64,000 nucleotides of DNA from a virus (taxonomy: Duplodnaviria > Heunggongvirae > Uroviricota > Caudoviricetes). Location of the stretch: the IMG/VR virus record IMGVR_UViG_2537561978_000005; one strand, 5' to 3'. How positions within the stretch are numbered: the first letter of the stretch is position 1; each line of letters starts with the position of its first letter. Made by a program: the position numbers and the translations under genes. The notes beneath the pieces are model-generated. The model was given only the letters and a program-made list of their open reading frames with translations. It did not search any database and was not told the origin of the DNA. Below, in pieces: positions 17,665 through 26,229 of the stretch.

Positions 17665-18660
17665 TCAGTTATTGAACGTGATCACTCCGCGCTCAATGGC
17701 GAAGTCGAAAAGCTGGTTAGCGGCTACGTAAAGGCGTATGCCATGTGCTTTTTCCCATGCCCGGACATCGTTTTCTGCGCTTCTGGCGCAGTCATCGCAA
17801 AGAGGAACAGTCCAGCGGTCGTGTTCGTTTAACGAGCGGGCGCGGTACATGAATGGGTGATTAACCTTGCCGCCGCAGCCTACACACGGGCGAGACACCA
17901 CAAACCGGAGATAAGCCGGGCTTTTTCCGAGTAAGGTTTTTGGACGGCGCATATATAGGAGGCCAGAATCTTCATCGACGGACAGATTGACGATCTGCTC
18001 TGCGGAAATATCCACCAGCTCGCGGGTACTATGCTCCCAAGTAATATCCGACTCTTTCAGAGTGCCGGTAGGGATTTCAGTTTTTGGCTGACAAAATGCA
18101 ATGCGACCAGCTTCATCAGGCAGTTCGTCTTTAAGATTCCGGCGAATGGCCCAAAAGGTGAGTTCAACCATGCTCAGATCGCGATCTGGCGGAAGTTTTA
18201 ACTCGCTGGCAGCCCAGTTCATAATCCAGTTGGCGCGATTCAGTGACAGTTGGTCTTCCAGCTTGCCGTATCCCTTCATCATGTATTCCGCATCATGCTT
18301 CCAGCACAGGCGAACGGCAGAACCGTTATAGAAATGGGTGGTTAGCTGGTGGCTGCAATCGCGCTTATCATGCACCTGGCAATCGTGAATGTTGGTGCTA
18401 ACCCAGTGAACGAGAGAATCCTCACCACCTAACGCGTTAAATACGCGCTCACTTTGAAAAAAGGGTGCCAGTGACTGGTTGGCAACCAGTGAATAATTCA
18501 GGTCAACGACACCATCAGGGGTGTTTTCAGCCTGTTCACGCGGCAATGGGGATATAAGAAAACGGCGTCCTGCGCCGATGTAATTGCTGGTGGGCTTATC
18601 TACAGGAAAGACAGCCACACCAGTTTCATTTACGACATATGGGGTGATTATTGCACTCAT
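17665..18660 (-). CDS. hypothetical protein with CxxC...CxxC zinc-binding motif
   Basis: 331 aa; CVGCGG ... CDDC. Confidence 0.55.
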   Translation of the reverse strand: MSAIITPYVVNETGVAVFPVDKPTSNYIGAGRRFLISPLPREQAENTPDGVVDLNYSLVANQSLAPFFQSERVFNALGGEDSLVHWVSTNIHDCQVHDKRDCSHQLTTHFYNGSAVRLCWKHDAEYMMKGYGKLEDQLSLNRANWIMNWAASELKLPPDRDLSMVELTFWAIRRNLKDELPDEAGRIAFCQPKTEIPTGTLKESDITWEHSTRELVDISAEQIVNLSVDEDSGLLYMRRPKTLLGKSPAYLRFVVSRPCVGCGGKVNHPFMYRARSLNEHDRWTVPLCDDCARSAENDVRAWEKAHGIRLYVAANQLFDFAIERGVITFNN

Positions 18661-18700
18661 AATGCATACCGACTCTGTTTTGTTCCGATCGGTAAAATAA

Positions 18701-18732
18701 TATGTTAGAAAACTAAAATCAATGTTCTAACG
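18701..18732. promoter_or_regulatory. pair of operator-like motifs (TGTTAGAAAACTAAAAT and TGTTCTAACG)
   Basis: internal to leftward operon, between 18889..19200 and 17665..18660. Confidence 0.3.
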
Positions 18733-18888
18733 TGATTTTGAGTGCGTAAATGATTTGATCAGACTTTAAGCTGCCCTCCCTTCACCTGCATTAGCGTCAG
18801 ATTTCCGCTAAAAACCGCGCCCGTGTCTAGTTTCTATAGCCAGAACCATCAATACGGCTATATAAATTCACTTCATGCAGAGCCTGGG

Positions 18889-19200
18889 TCATGCGGCAAC
18901 CTTCTCACGCAGCCAGATACAAACCGGACCATCTTCAGTGTCATGAATAGAGCCAACAAACCAGCCTTCACCCTCTGGTCGCTCCGGTTCCCAGGCGGCA
19001 ATATCGGGACCAGCTGCGTCCAGATCAAAATCATCTTCATCCATACTGCGAATAGTCCACTGAAGATTATTTTCCTTCATCCAGGCGTCAAATTCCTCAG
19101 TGGAAATATATTCACGACCTGCGCAAAACTTCTCATACTCCGGATGTGTCCAGCAGCCATATTCATCACGTTCTACCGGCATTTCTTTAATTGTGTTCAC
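18889..19200 (-). CDS. hypothetical acidic protein
   Basis: 103-aa ORF. Confidence 0.45.
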   Translation of the reverse strand: MNTIKEMPVERDEYGCWTHPEYEKFCAGREYISTEEFDAWMKENNLQWTIRSMDEDDFDLDAAGPDIAAWEPERPEGEGWFVGSIHDTEDGPVCIWLREKVAA

Positions 19201-19421
19201 TCTTCATCCTCCAAATCAGCAACCGCGTCCATCACATCAGAACCGCGAATAACTTCAAAAGCGCGGCAGGCCATTTGAAATACCCGTTGCTCTTGCGGGT
19301 GCGGAGACTCCCAATATTTGAAGCCTGGGCGATGCGTGTACCCCATCATGGAATAAAAATCGCCAGCAAGTTCAATCGCGGCATCAACAAGTTCGCGATT
19401 TGTCATCGTCTGTTCTGTCAT
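19197..19421 (-). CDS. hypothetical protein
   Basis: 74-aa ORF, overlapping stop/start with neighbours. Confidence 0.4.
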   Translation of the reverse strand: MTEQTMTNRELVDAAIELAGDFYSMMGYTHRPGFKYWESPHPQEQRVFQMACRAFEVIRGSDVMDAVADLEDEE

Positions 19422-19693
19422 TTGGTTTTCTCCTGTCTGAACATCACTATCATCAGGTCGCCTTTTGTCGCTATTCTGGCTGTTGTGCCTGGTTCAATGC
19501 GGCTAAGTTCAAATGCGTCATAGAACGCTTCTAATGCCTTCTGGCGTAGTTCCTGTTTGCGCCGTTTTTTCCACTCTTTTAGGAAAATGGAACCCAGCCA
19601 TCGCCAGGTACGGGACATGATGTAAAGCCAACCAAGAAGTGCCAGACCGGTATTTAGGGCCGTATCGAGCGTTATCGTGGTGTCGATATTCAC
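19418..19693 (-). CDS. hypothetical small protein (hydrophobic N-terminus)
   Basis: 91-aa ORF. Confidence 0.4.
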   Translation of the reverse strand: MNIDTTITLDTALNTGLALLGWLYIMSRTWRWLGSIFLKEWKKRRKQELRQKALEAFYDAFELSRIEPGTTARIATKGDLMIVMFRQEKTK

Positions 19694-19938
19694 TGTGGTG
19701 GTTCCTGCTTTTCTGCCTTCAATACCATGCGAGAACCATCATCCAGCTCCCAATTAATTTCACCGCCTTCTGCCATGACCAGATGCCAGACGAGTTGAGC
19801 GGCCTCGTTGGTTACATCACGACCGCGATCATTGCCAACACGACGTTTTGTTCCATCCCCTAAGTCACGCATTTTTGCCAACACGATGGTTTTTGATAGC
19901 GGTGAAAAACCAAGCTGTAGTCGTGCGGTATTACTCAC
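19690..19938 (-). CDS. hypothetical protein
   Basis: 82-aa ORF. Confidence 0.4.
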   Translation of the reverse strand: MSNTARLQLGFSPLSKTIVLAKMRDLGDGTKRRVGNDRGRDVTNEAAQLVWHLVMAEGGEINWELDDGSRMVLKAEKQEPPQ

Positions 19939-19941
19939 TGT

Positions 19942-20445
19942 TTACCTTCCTTTTCTAAGCTGTTCGGCGATATCTTCGAGAACGCCATCAGAGAATGAGC
20001 GGTCAAAATCGCCTTCCCGCGCATTAGCCATAAACTCAGTAGAGGTAAGAATCATCCGGGCAATATCCGCGGCGTTCTTCGCAGTATCATCAATAAAACC
20101 AGCTTCCCAAGCAGCCAGCATCCTGTTCGCCACAAAGTAAGCGCCCTCCTTGCGTGCTTCAGTCTTCACTTCATCCAGGAAAGTGTCGGTCGCAGGAGTG
20201 GTTTTTTGTGGTGATAGGGCGAGACGAATTGTTTCGAGAGCTGGATCTATTTCCACTGTTGGCACCTTGATAAAGCCAAGCTGCACGCCATTCATAATGA
20301 ACGTGCGGCGATCCTCACATATCGCATTCAGTCTCGCATTCTCCGCCGCCAGCGCAGCACACGCTTTCTCAAGTCGGGAAATTTCCGTTACATACTCAGC
20401 GTTACGCTCTGCCAGTTGTGCTGGCGTTAAACCTTCAGACTTCAT
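19942..20445 (-). CDS. ead/Ea22-related modular protein
   Basis: 167 aa; coiled-coil LAAENARL plus C-terminal module homologous to the C-terminus of 16011..16733. Confidence 0.5.
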   Translation of the reverse strand: MKSEGLTPAQLAERNAEYVTEISRLEKACAALAAENARLNAICEDRRTFIMNGVQLGFIKVPTVEIDPALETIRLALSPQKTTPATDTFLDEVKTEARKEGAYFVANRMLAAWEAGFIDDTAKNAADIARMILTSTEFMANAREGDFDRSFSDGVLEDIAEQLRKGR

Positions 20446-20752
20446 GTACTCTCCTTTCGAAATAAACGTACTGATTAATCATGCCCAGGGGCATTTCGAG
20501 TTTTTCCGCGATCTCACGGCGGGGAACACCACACTGATGAAGCTGCCGCGCCAGTTCTATATCGCTCTGCCGGAATTTGGCTGACGGATGAAAGTCTCCT
20601 TTCAGAATCATGCTGATCCCCAACTCCCGCGCTTTAGTCCTGACGGCATCACCGGTACGACCGATCAGCTTCCCAATACTCTCGACCGTCATAGTTCCGG
20701 CGCACTGGCGGAGTATCATGATTTCTGCCCTTCCCCATCCCCGCCAGCTCAC
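20435..20752 (-). CDS. putative HTH DNA-binding protein
   Basis: 105 aa; TVESIGKLIGRTGDAVRTKARELGI helix-turn-helix-like. Confidence 0.45.
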   Translation of the reverse strand: MSWRGWGRAEIMILRQCAGTMTVESIGKLIGRTGDAVRTKARELGISMILKGDFHPSAKFRQSDIELARQLHQCGVPRREIAEKLEMPLGMINQYVYFERRVHEV

Positions 20753-21387
20753 GCAGAACTCCTTCTAACCAAAAGAACGCCATCTTCAGAAACAACGTTG
20801 CAGGACTTCAGGTAATTCATTGCCTCTTTCGGTAATGGATTCTTTGGATCGGCGTTTGCCAGGGATTTCGATAACCTCATGATAAATTTGATCATTACCT
20901 TCTGGCGGAGCTTGTGCTCATGAGATAAAGACAGGTAATAGGAAATGGTATGGGCTAAACGCTCACGAAGCTGTTCTGTGCCGTGATATACAGCAGCGAT
21001 ATCACGCAGTGCATTGACCAGTTCCCGGTAAATATGCGGAGCAACCTGGCATTCAATGTTGGTTGGTGACTCATAAATTACAGTCAGCCCCAGCTTTTCA
21101 GCCAGCGCGTGCTCTGCGCGAGCACCAACCGATTCTTCCCATCGATTGAGCAAGTAGATCGCATCAGCAGAACGCACCATTGCCAGGCAAATATCCATGT
21201 ATTCACTCTGACAAAGGCCACCAGGTAACATAGCTGGATTCAGAACGATATGCCCTTCAGCCATCAACTCGCTCGCTTTCGCATTAAACGCCGCACGGTT
21301 GTAATCTGGATAACCAGTCATCGGCCCCGCGATGTAAATTTTCAAAACACGTTTCACCATCAAAATTTCCCCAGAATCGTGACGCAA
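20749..21387 (-). CDS. DUF4406-like (nucleoside 2-deoxyribosyltransferase-like) domain protein
   Basis: IYIAGPMTGYPDYNRAAF ... HIVLNPA motif; likely start is internal Met at 21360 (TGATG coupling to upstream small ORF). Confidence 0.55.
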   Translation of the reverse strand: MRHDSGEILMVKRVLKIYIAGPMTGYPDYNRAAFNAKASELMAEGHIVLNPAMLPGGLCQSEYMDICLAMVRSADAIYLLNRWEESVGARAEHALAEKLGLTVIYESPTNIECQVAPHIYRELVNALRDIAAVYHGTEQLRERLAHTISYYLSLSHEHKLRQKVMIKFIMRLSKSLANADPKNPLPKEAMNYLKSCNVVSEDGVLLVRRSSA

Positions 21388-21512
21388 AACATAAGCACTG
21401 CGAAAAGCTCAATACCAAGCTCAAGTAGCGCCAACGCCCCGAAAAACAACACATAGAACAGGCCAATCTCATTCACAGATGGCTGGTGGATCGCACTTAA
21501 AGCTATAAGCAT
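21360..21512 (-). CDS. small hydrophobic protein (50 aa), first gene of leftward operon
   Basis: GGAGGA 4 nt upstream of ATG; stop TGA overlaps next ATG; below the 60-aa cut-off of the ORF track. Confidence 0.3.
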   Translation of the reverse strand: MLIALSAIHQPSVNEIGLFYVLFFGALALLELGIELFAVLMFCVTILGKF

Positions 21513-21550
21513 CATGTCCTCCAAACAGTTATCAGGAATGATATTAATGT

Positions 21551-21570
21551 TTTGTGTTAGAAAATCAATT
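21551..21570. promoter_or_regulatory. operator-like motif TTTGTGTTAGAAAATCAATT in divergent promoter region
   Basis: between leftward operon start and ref-like gene. Confidence 0.35.
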
Positions 21571-21632
21571 TTGAATATCTAACCATTTTGATCAATCATA
21601 GAAAAATCGTTGAAAAGTAAGAGACTGCCATC

Positions 21633-22211
21633 ATGCAGAAACAGAGTTATTGGGAGAAACAGAGACAAAAAGCCATGCAAAAATTGGCTGACCCGGCCTG
21701 GCGAGAGGAACAAAGGGCAAAGCGCCTTCAACAAGCTCAACGCCAGCAGCAGCGAGCGAGAGAAAAAGCCGCATCGCCTGAATATCGGCAAAAGAAAATT
21801 GAAAAAGCAAAGCAATATGAACAGCGGAGAAAAGATAAAGCTGTATCCGCTCCGTCCAAAAAAACACGCACGTCACGCGGCCTGAAAGGCAGATCACTCA
21901 CAGCCGATGAACGCCGGATACAGACCGCTATCGGTGCTCTCCCCTGCATTGCCTGCCATATTCACGGGCAACATAGCCCAGTGGTATCCCTGCACCATAT
22001 CTTCGGGAGAACGGCAGAGAACGCGCATAAATATGTCCTCCCTTTGTGTAAATGGCACCACCAGTACGCAGCGCCAGCCGAGGTCAGAGAACAATATCCC
22101 TGGCTGGTCCCTGTTCATGCTGACGGAAAAATAGGCGGAAAAGCAGATTTCATGCGGCACAATGCCGATGAAATGACGTTGTATCAGATGGCGATTGAGT
22201 TGATAAATTAG
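21633..22211 (+). CDS. ref: Ref-like HNH-family nuclease
   Basis: 192 aa; highly basic low-complexity N-terminal ~95 aa then His/Cys-rich core (LPCIACHIHGQH ... LCKWHH), as recalled for P1 Ref. Confidence 0.5.
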   Translation: MQKQSYWEKQRQKAMQKLADPAWREEQRAKRLQQAQRQQQRAREKAASPEYRQKKIEKAKQYEQRRKDKAVSAPSKKTRTSRGLKGRSLTADERRIQTAIGALPCIACHIHGQHSPVVSLHHIFGRTAENAHKYVLPLCKWHHQYAAPAEVREQYPWLVPVHADGKIGGKADFMRHNADEMTLYQMAIELIN

Positions 22212-22226
22212 TTTTCTAACATTTTA
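22212..22226. promoter_or_regulatory. operator-like motif GTTTTCTAACATTTT
   Basis: immediately after ref-like stop, upstream of immI-like region. Confidence 0.3.
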
Positions 22227-22542
22227 AGTTGAATTGAAAAACTCTCCGATGTACATTCACTACCGATTGGCACACCGGTCAACTTTTTGAGACAAACTGT
22301 TTAGTTTTTCGTATTATTGCCTCCGCCATACCTATGGCGGTGCAATATAGGTGGCTGAAAAGCCCCCGTTGACTCACGGTGTTCCAGCCTTTATTGCGCC
22401 GCCACCAGACCGTGGAACAGTCGATGGCGGCTCCGAAAGCAAGGAGTCACAACACTATGAACAACTACAGTCTTTTCCCATCACTCGTCTTCCACCACTC
22501 ACGCGATAATCTGCATTCTTTACTCGCGCTGGAGGTGTCAAA

Positions 22543-22710
22543 ATGACGGTTCGCTACCTCAACTTTCAAATCAAGAACATTACTGGCGGTTGCTATGACT
22601 GGTTTGTCACTCTCGGAAAAGAAGTGATCACCGGGAAGCTGGATGAAGTGAAAGCTAAAGCAATGGCCTACGCCTGCAAGCAAGCCCGGAAGAAATCCGC
22701 CAAAGCATAA
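22543..22710 (+). CDS. small protein (55 aa), hypothetical
   Basis: GGAGG 7 nt upstream of ATG; preceded by coupled 29-codon ORF (22457..22546, AAGGAG RBS, ATGA overlap). Confidence 0.35.
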   Translation: MTVRYLNFQIKNITGGCYDWFVTLGKEVITGKLDEVKAKAMAYACKQARKKSAKA

Positions 22711-22759
22711 AATACTGACTGTTGCGCCCTGGCATTATCGTGGGGTATATTTCTACGGC

Positions 22760-22838
22760 ACCTTAGAAAAACGGGTGCCGGGATTGAGACCCCGGATAAT
22801 GCAAAAGGCGACACAGACGCCGAAAGCGTCTTTTTTTG
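22760..22838 (+). ncRNA. candidate small structured RNA (c4-like antisense regulator?)
   Basis: three consecutive hairpins ending in intrinsic terminator; contains GATTGAGACC repeated at 22971-22980 near icd-position RBS, and complementary GTCTCAA at 22940-22946. Confidence 0.3.
22815..22838 (+). terminator. intrinsic terminator AGACGC-CGAAA-GCGTCT + T7
   Basis: 6-bp GC-rich stem followed by TTTTTTT. Confidence 0.65.
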
Positions 22839-23022
22839 TGTCATGCCATCGCACAGCCATACGTAGCGTATAGCTCCAAGATCAATGGTAGTGCTGGCTG
22901 GGCTGCCGAAAGGCAGGCCGGTTCCCTTTTGCGCCGGTAGTCTCAACCCAGCCAGTGCTACCGCCATTGAGATTGAGACCTCACGCGGTAGCTCCTTAAA
23001 TTAGCAAAAGGAGGCTGCCAAT

Positions 23023-23238
23023 ATGGCTACTATCCCTACCCCAACTCATTCTGAATTTATCTGGCGTTTCTATTCCTGCCAAAAGCACCTGTATATCTGC
23101 GTCATGGCTGCTACCGAATCAGAGGCGCGCTCATACCTTCCCGAAGAACCCTGCATTTTTGCTGCTCGCTTCACTCTTGATGCGATGGAGATCCTCAATT
23201 ACTGGAATCTGCCGATGAACTGCGTGGAGGTGCGCTGA
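23023..23238 (+). CDS. small protein at the position of P1 icd; unverified
   Basis: 71 aa; AAAGGAGG RBS; stop overlaps ant-like start (TGATG). Confidence 0.4.
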   Translation: MATIPTPTHSEFIWRFYSCQKHLYICVMAATESEARSYLPEEPCIFAARFTLDAMEILNYWNLPMNCVEVR

Positions 23239-24179
23239 TGAATCTGTCCATCTCTCAAAAAGCGACAATGACCAGCATTGAGATCGCGGAGCTGGTAGGA
23301 AGTCGCCCAGATAGTGTGAAGAGAACTATCGAAACACTGGCTAAAAAGAGTGTGATCCAATTTCCACAATCTGTGGAAATTGAAAATAAACAATCAGTTG
23401 GCCCTCGTCGATTTTCCAAGGCTTACATCTTTGAAGGCGAACAAGGAAAACGAGACAGCATCATTGTCGTCGCGCAGCTCTCTCCGGAATTCACCGCCCG
23501 GCTGGTGGACCGCTGGCGCGAACTGGAGAATGCCCGGGTACAGTTAAAATCAAAAGCCGAAATCCTGGCTGAAATGGCGCAAATGCATCTTGAGCATGAA
23601 CGCCGGATCAACGCCGTAAATGCCCAGGTAGCCGAGGTATCAGCACAAGTATCGATGGTCGCTGAAACCGTCGAGCAAATAAAGAAAGGCAATATTCCGG
23701 AAGGCTACATTGGCTACCGCCAGTTGGCGGCGAAATGTGGCCTGACTGAAGCCAAATGTCGCAACCTGGTTAACGCTTACCGGATTCCCACCGATACGCA
23801 TGAGTTTTTAACTCCAGATGGTTTGCTTGCGCGACGCTCCATTGTGGCCCTGGCCCCCTTCCGGAAAGCCTTTAAGCAGGTGATGTCAGAGGCAGAACCA
23901 CGCAATAAACGCTGGTATCATCCAAAGATGGGGATGTTTCAGGCAATCCACCATCCTGTGCCTGAAAGTCCAAAGGCAAACCTGTCGTTGCATACCGCCA
24001 GAGAGAGGATTAAAACAGGCTATGCAATCGTATGCCGTCGAGCATCCTGGCCTGAAGGTGTATGGGTGTGGCCCGAAGGTGGATCACGAAAGCACTGGCG
24101 CACTATCCGGGATGGGAAAATCCATGCGATTGATTTAGCTCCAGAGGATGTTGTTGCTACGGACTGGATTGTTAGTTAA
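23238..24179 (+). CDS. antirepressor-like protein, Rha-family N-terminal domain with DUF2829-like C-terminal module
   Basis: MTSIEIAELVGSRPDSVKRTIE (Rha-like); in-frame internal Met; C-terminus ARERIKTGYAIVCRRASW ... DVVATDWIVS. Confidence 0.65.
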   Translation: MNLSISQKATMTSIEIAELVGSRPDSVKRTIETLAKKSVIQFPQSVEIENKQSVGPRRFSKAYIFEGEQGKRDSIIVVAQLSPEFTARLVDRWRELENARVQLKSKAEILAEMAQMHLEHERRINAVNAQVAEVSAQVSMVAETVEQIKKGNIPEGYIGYRQLAAKCGLTEAKCRNLVNAYRIPTDTHEFLTPDGLLARRSIVALAPFRKAFKQVMSEAEPRNKRWYHPKMGMFQAIHHPVPESPKANLSLHTARERIKTGYAIVCRRASWPEGVWVWPEGGSRKHWRTIRDGKIHAIDLAPEDVVATDWIVS

Positions 24180-24187
24180 TTACTGTT

Positions 24188-24209
24188 GCCCCGGCCTGTC
24201 CGGGGCTTT
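24188..24209 (+). terminator. hairpin GCCCCGG-CCTGT-CCGGGGC + TTTA
   Basis: 7-bp GC stem after ant-like stop; short T-run. Confidence 0.4.
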
Positions 24210-24238
24210 AACTACTAAATAACCGGATTCTCCGCACG

Positions 24239-24526
24239 ATGAAGAAAATAGATTTCACTTACTCTGCTGCCACAATCCAGCGACGTTTCAGTCTCATAAG
24301 GGAAGTGGAACTATCAAAAAACTGCTATCAAATTCTACTGGATGAAGAGTTTTCACTGATGGTTATAGCAGAAAAATTGGCTATGCCGAATGACCGACAC
24401 AAGGTCATAGCCAGCCTCGATCTGGTGACAAACAGATACTGGGAGACAGAGGAACTACATGAAGCGGGAGTAATTCGTGGCCTGATGGAGAATTCCGTTC
24501 CCCGTCGTTATAGTGTGATGAGCTAA
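24239..24526 (+). CDS. hypothetical protein
   Basis: 95-aa ORF. Confidence 0.45.
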   Translation: MKKIDFTYSAATIQRRFSLIREVELSKNCYQILLDEEFSLMVIAEKLAMPNDRHKVIASLDLVTNRYWETEELHEAGVIRGLMENSVPRRYSVMS

Positions 24527-24670
24527 AACTCACCTGCACACCGTCAGGCCCAACGCAAATAAATGAAACATCCCGCTCTTGGTGTTTCAGTGAAATAGCT
24601 CATTTTTAGCTTGGAAGCAACTTGATTATGAGCTAAGCCTGACATACACTTCAGCGAGAAAATGATCAAG

Positions 24671-24716
24671 TTAAAGACACAAAAGCTCTGTTTTAACAGA
24701 GCTTTTGTGTCTTTAA
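24671..24716. repeat. perfect 46-bp palindrome (22-bp arms) TTAAAGACACAAAAGCTCTGTT|TTAACAGAGCTTTTGTGTCTTTAA
   Basis: read directly; lies in AT-rich intergenic region before the AT-rich cassette; no flanking T-run. Confidence 0.85.
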
Positions 24717-24850
24717 AACATAGATATCATGCCATATATAGTGCCAAAATTAGTTTTAGACACTATATATATTATAAAGGTAAAAACCGCTTCTACTTTT
24801 AACATCCACAGAAAAAGAAAGCGGTTATAGATAAGGGAAAAGGAGGGGTT

Positions 24851-25156
24851 ATGCTCTATGCGGTTCCTCAGCAAGCTTCTGATTCTTTGAAGTTAATCAA
24901 GACTGTACTTCAGCTTATAGCATCTCAACAAGAAGTGTCACAGCAGTTAAAGTTACGGGTTTATGAGGTGATCAGAGAAGCCTCAAACTTAAGTGTAGAT
25001 AAAGGTGATCAATTACAGATTCCTTCTCACAGAGAGTCCATCTCGCTCGCGGTAGAGATACGCCACACTAAGGCGCTCGCCCAGGTGCTAACCAAAGTAA
25101 CTAGCGAAGATATGTTAGAACCCGTAATGGCCCGGAATGTATTAGAGTACATTTAA
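24851..25156 (+). CDS. hypothetical small helical protein (first gene of AT-rich cassette)
   Basis: 101 aa; GGAGGGG RBS; stop overlaps next start (TAATG). Confidence 0.5.
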   Translation: MLYAVPQQASDSLKLIKTVLQLIASQQEVSQQLKLRVYEVIREASNLSVDKGDQLQIPSHRESISLAVEIRHTKALAQVLTKVTSEDMLEPVMARNVLEYI

Positions 25157-26229
25157 TGCTTGCATTTACACAACTTACATTAGTTCGAAATAAGCTAAGG
25201 GAGATATCAGAATCTCCCTATTTTTCTAAAGACATGCATGAATATCTTGCTGTTCTACAAGAAGCGGTAGATAAGCTCTATGAAAACCATGTGAATGTTG
25301 CTGATAAAATAATTGCGGATTGTACTTTTTTTATCACCGATGCAGTTAATTTTTTCACTGGCAGTACTACAAAGAAAATTCCCTACGAGATTGTTTATTG
25401 CTTAAATGATGCCTGTAAAAAATGGATAAGTGAAAAAACACTTATAACCACAGCCCTATCTCCAGATATGCATGGGTTTTATTTTAAGTCTGTAAACAAG
25501 AATTTGTATTCTTTATTTGATGAAGTTTTAAATGTCAAATTCGAGGTCGAATTAATTCAGATTTCATTACCTGAAATGTACAGAAGACGACCATTATGCT
25601 CTATACCTTTATATCACGAATTGGGACATTTCGTTGATATTAGCAAAGGTATTTCTGAGCTTGCCTGTCTTAACTATCGTTCCAAGGACAAAGGCACACT
25701 TCCAGGACCAGAATGGAGTAATCTACCTGATGTTATTTGGATAAATCATTGCAGAGAATATTTTGCAGATCTATTTAGTGCCCAATTTATTGGAAAAAGT
25801 GGGGTAGATTTCTTATACAAATTAGCTGGCTCTCATCCTGCAAGCTATACTCACCCATCCACAGAAGATAGAGTTAAAATTGTAAGCGACTTTTTGAACA
25901 AAGTGGAAAATCCAGTTGTTGGCATGTTCAATGCTGTGATATCAGCCTTACATAAGGGTGGGCAGATTATTTCTCCTTGTTTGACATTGCCGACACCTTT
26001 GCTTGATGTGAAATCAGCTTTTGATAATGTGCGTCCTTTTGTTATTCGCGACCACAATGAAATGCATGCTTTTATTAACAGCAGCTGGCAGTACTTATGC
26101 TCTGAATGGGAAAAACCTACGGGTATATGGTCTGGGTTGTCAAAAGAAGCCATAGAAAAAACTATAAATGATTTGGTTGAAAAATCGATTCGAAACGTAA
26201 TGATTCTTGAAAAATGGAGTGCACAATGA
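25156..26229 (+). CDS. ImmA/IrrE-type (COG2856-like) HExxH zinc metallopeptidase domain protein
   Basis: 357 aa; LYHELGHFVD followed ~35 aa later by REYFADLFSAQFIG (E-x-FA signature). Confidence 0.55.
   Translation: MLAFTQLTLVRNKLREISESPYFSKDMHEYLAVLQEAVDKLYENHVNVADKIIADCTFFITDAVNFFTGSTTKKIPYEIVYCLNDACKKWISEKTLITTALSPDMHGFYFKSVNKNLYSLFDEVLNVKFEVELIQISLPEMYRRRPLCSIPLYHELGHFVDISKGISELACLNYRSKDKGTLPGPEWSNLPDVIWINHCREYFADLFSAQFIGKSGVDFLYKLAGSHPASYTHPSTEDRVKIVSDFLNKVENPVVGMFNAVISALHKGGQIISPCLTLPTPLLDVKSAFDNVRPFVIRDHNEMHAFINSSWQYLCSEWEKPTGIWSGLSKEAIEKTINDLVEKSIRNVMILEKWSAQ

Noticed and set aside
22300-22440. Possible tRNA or tmRNA in the hairpin-rich region after the ref-like gene
   Set aside because: Could not fold a cloverleaf with acceptor stem and anticodon arm of correct spacing; more likely terminator or attenuator hairpins.
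22465-22967. Minus-strand ORFs 22465..22683 and 22668..22967
   Set aside because: No RBS and atypical composition; they overlap plus-strand small ORFs with good RBSs and the structured RNA region.
24671-24716. 46-bp palindrome as a canonical rho-independent terminator
   Set aside because: No T-run follows the stem on either strand; kept as an unexplained structure.
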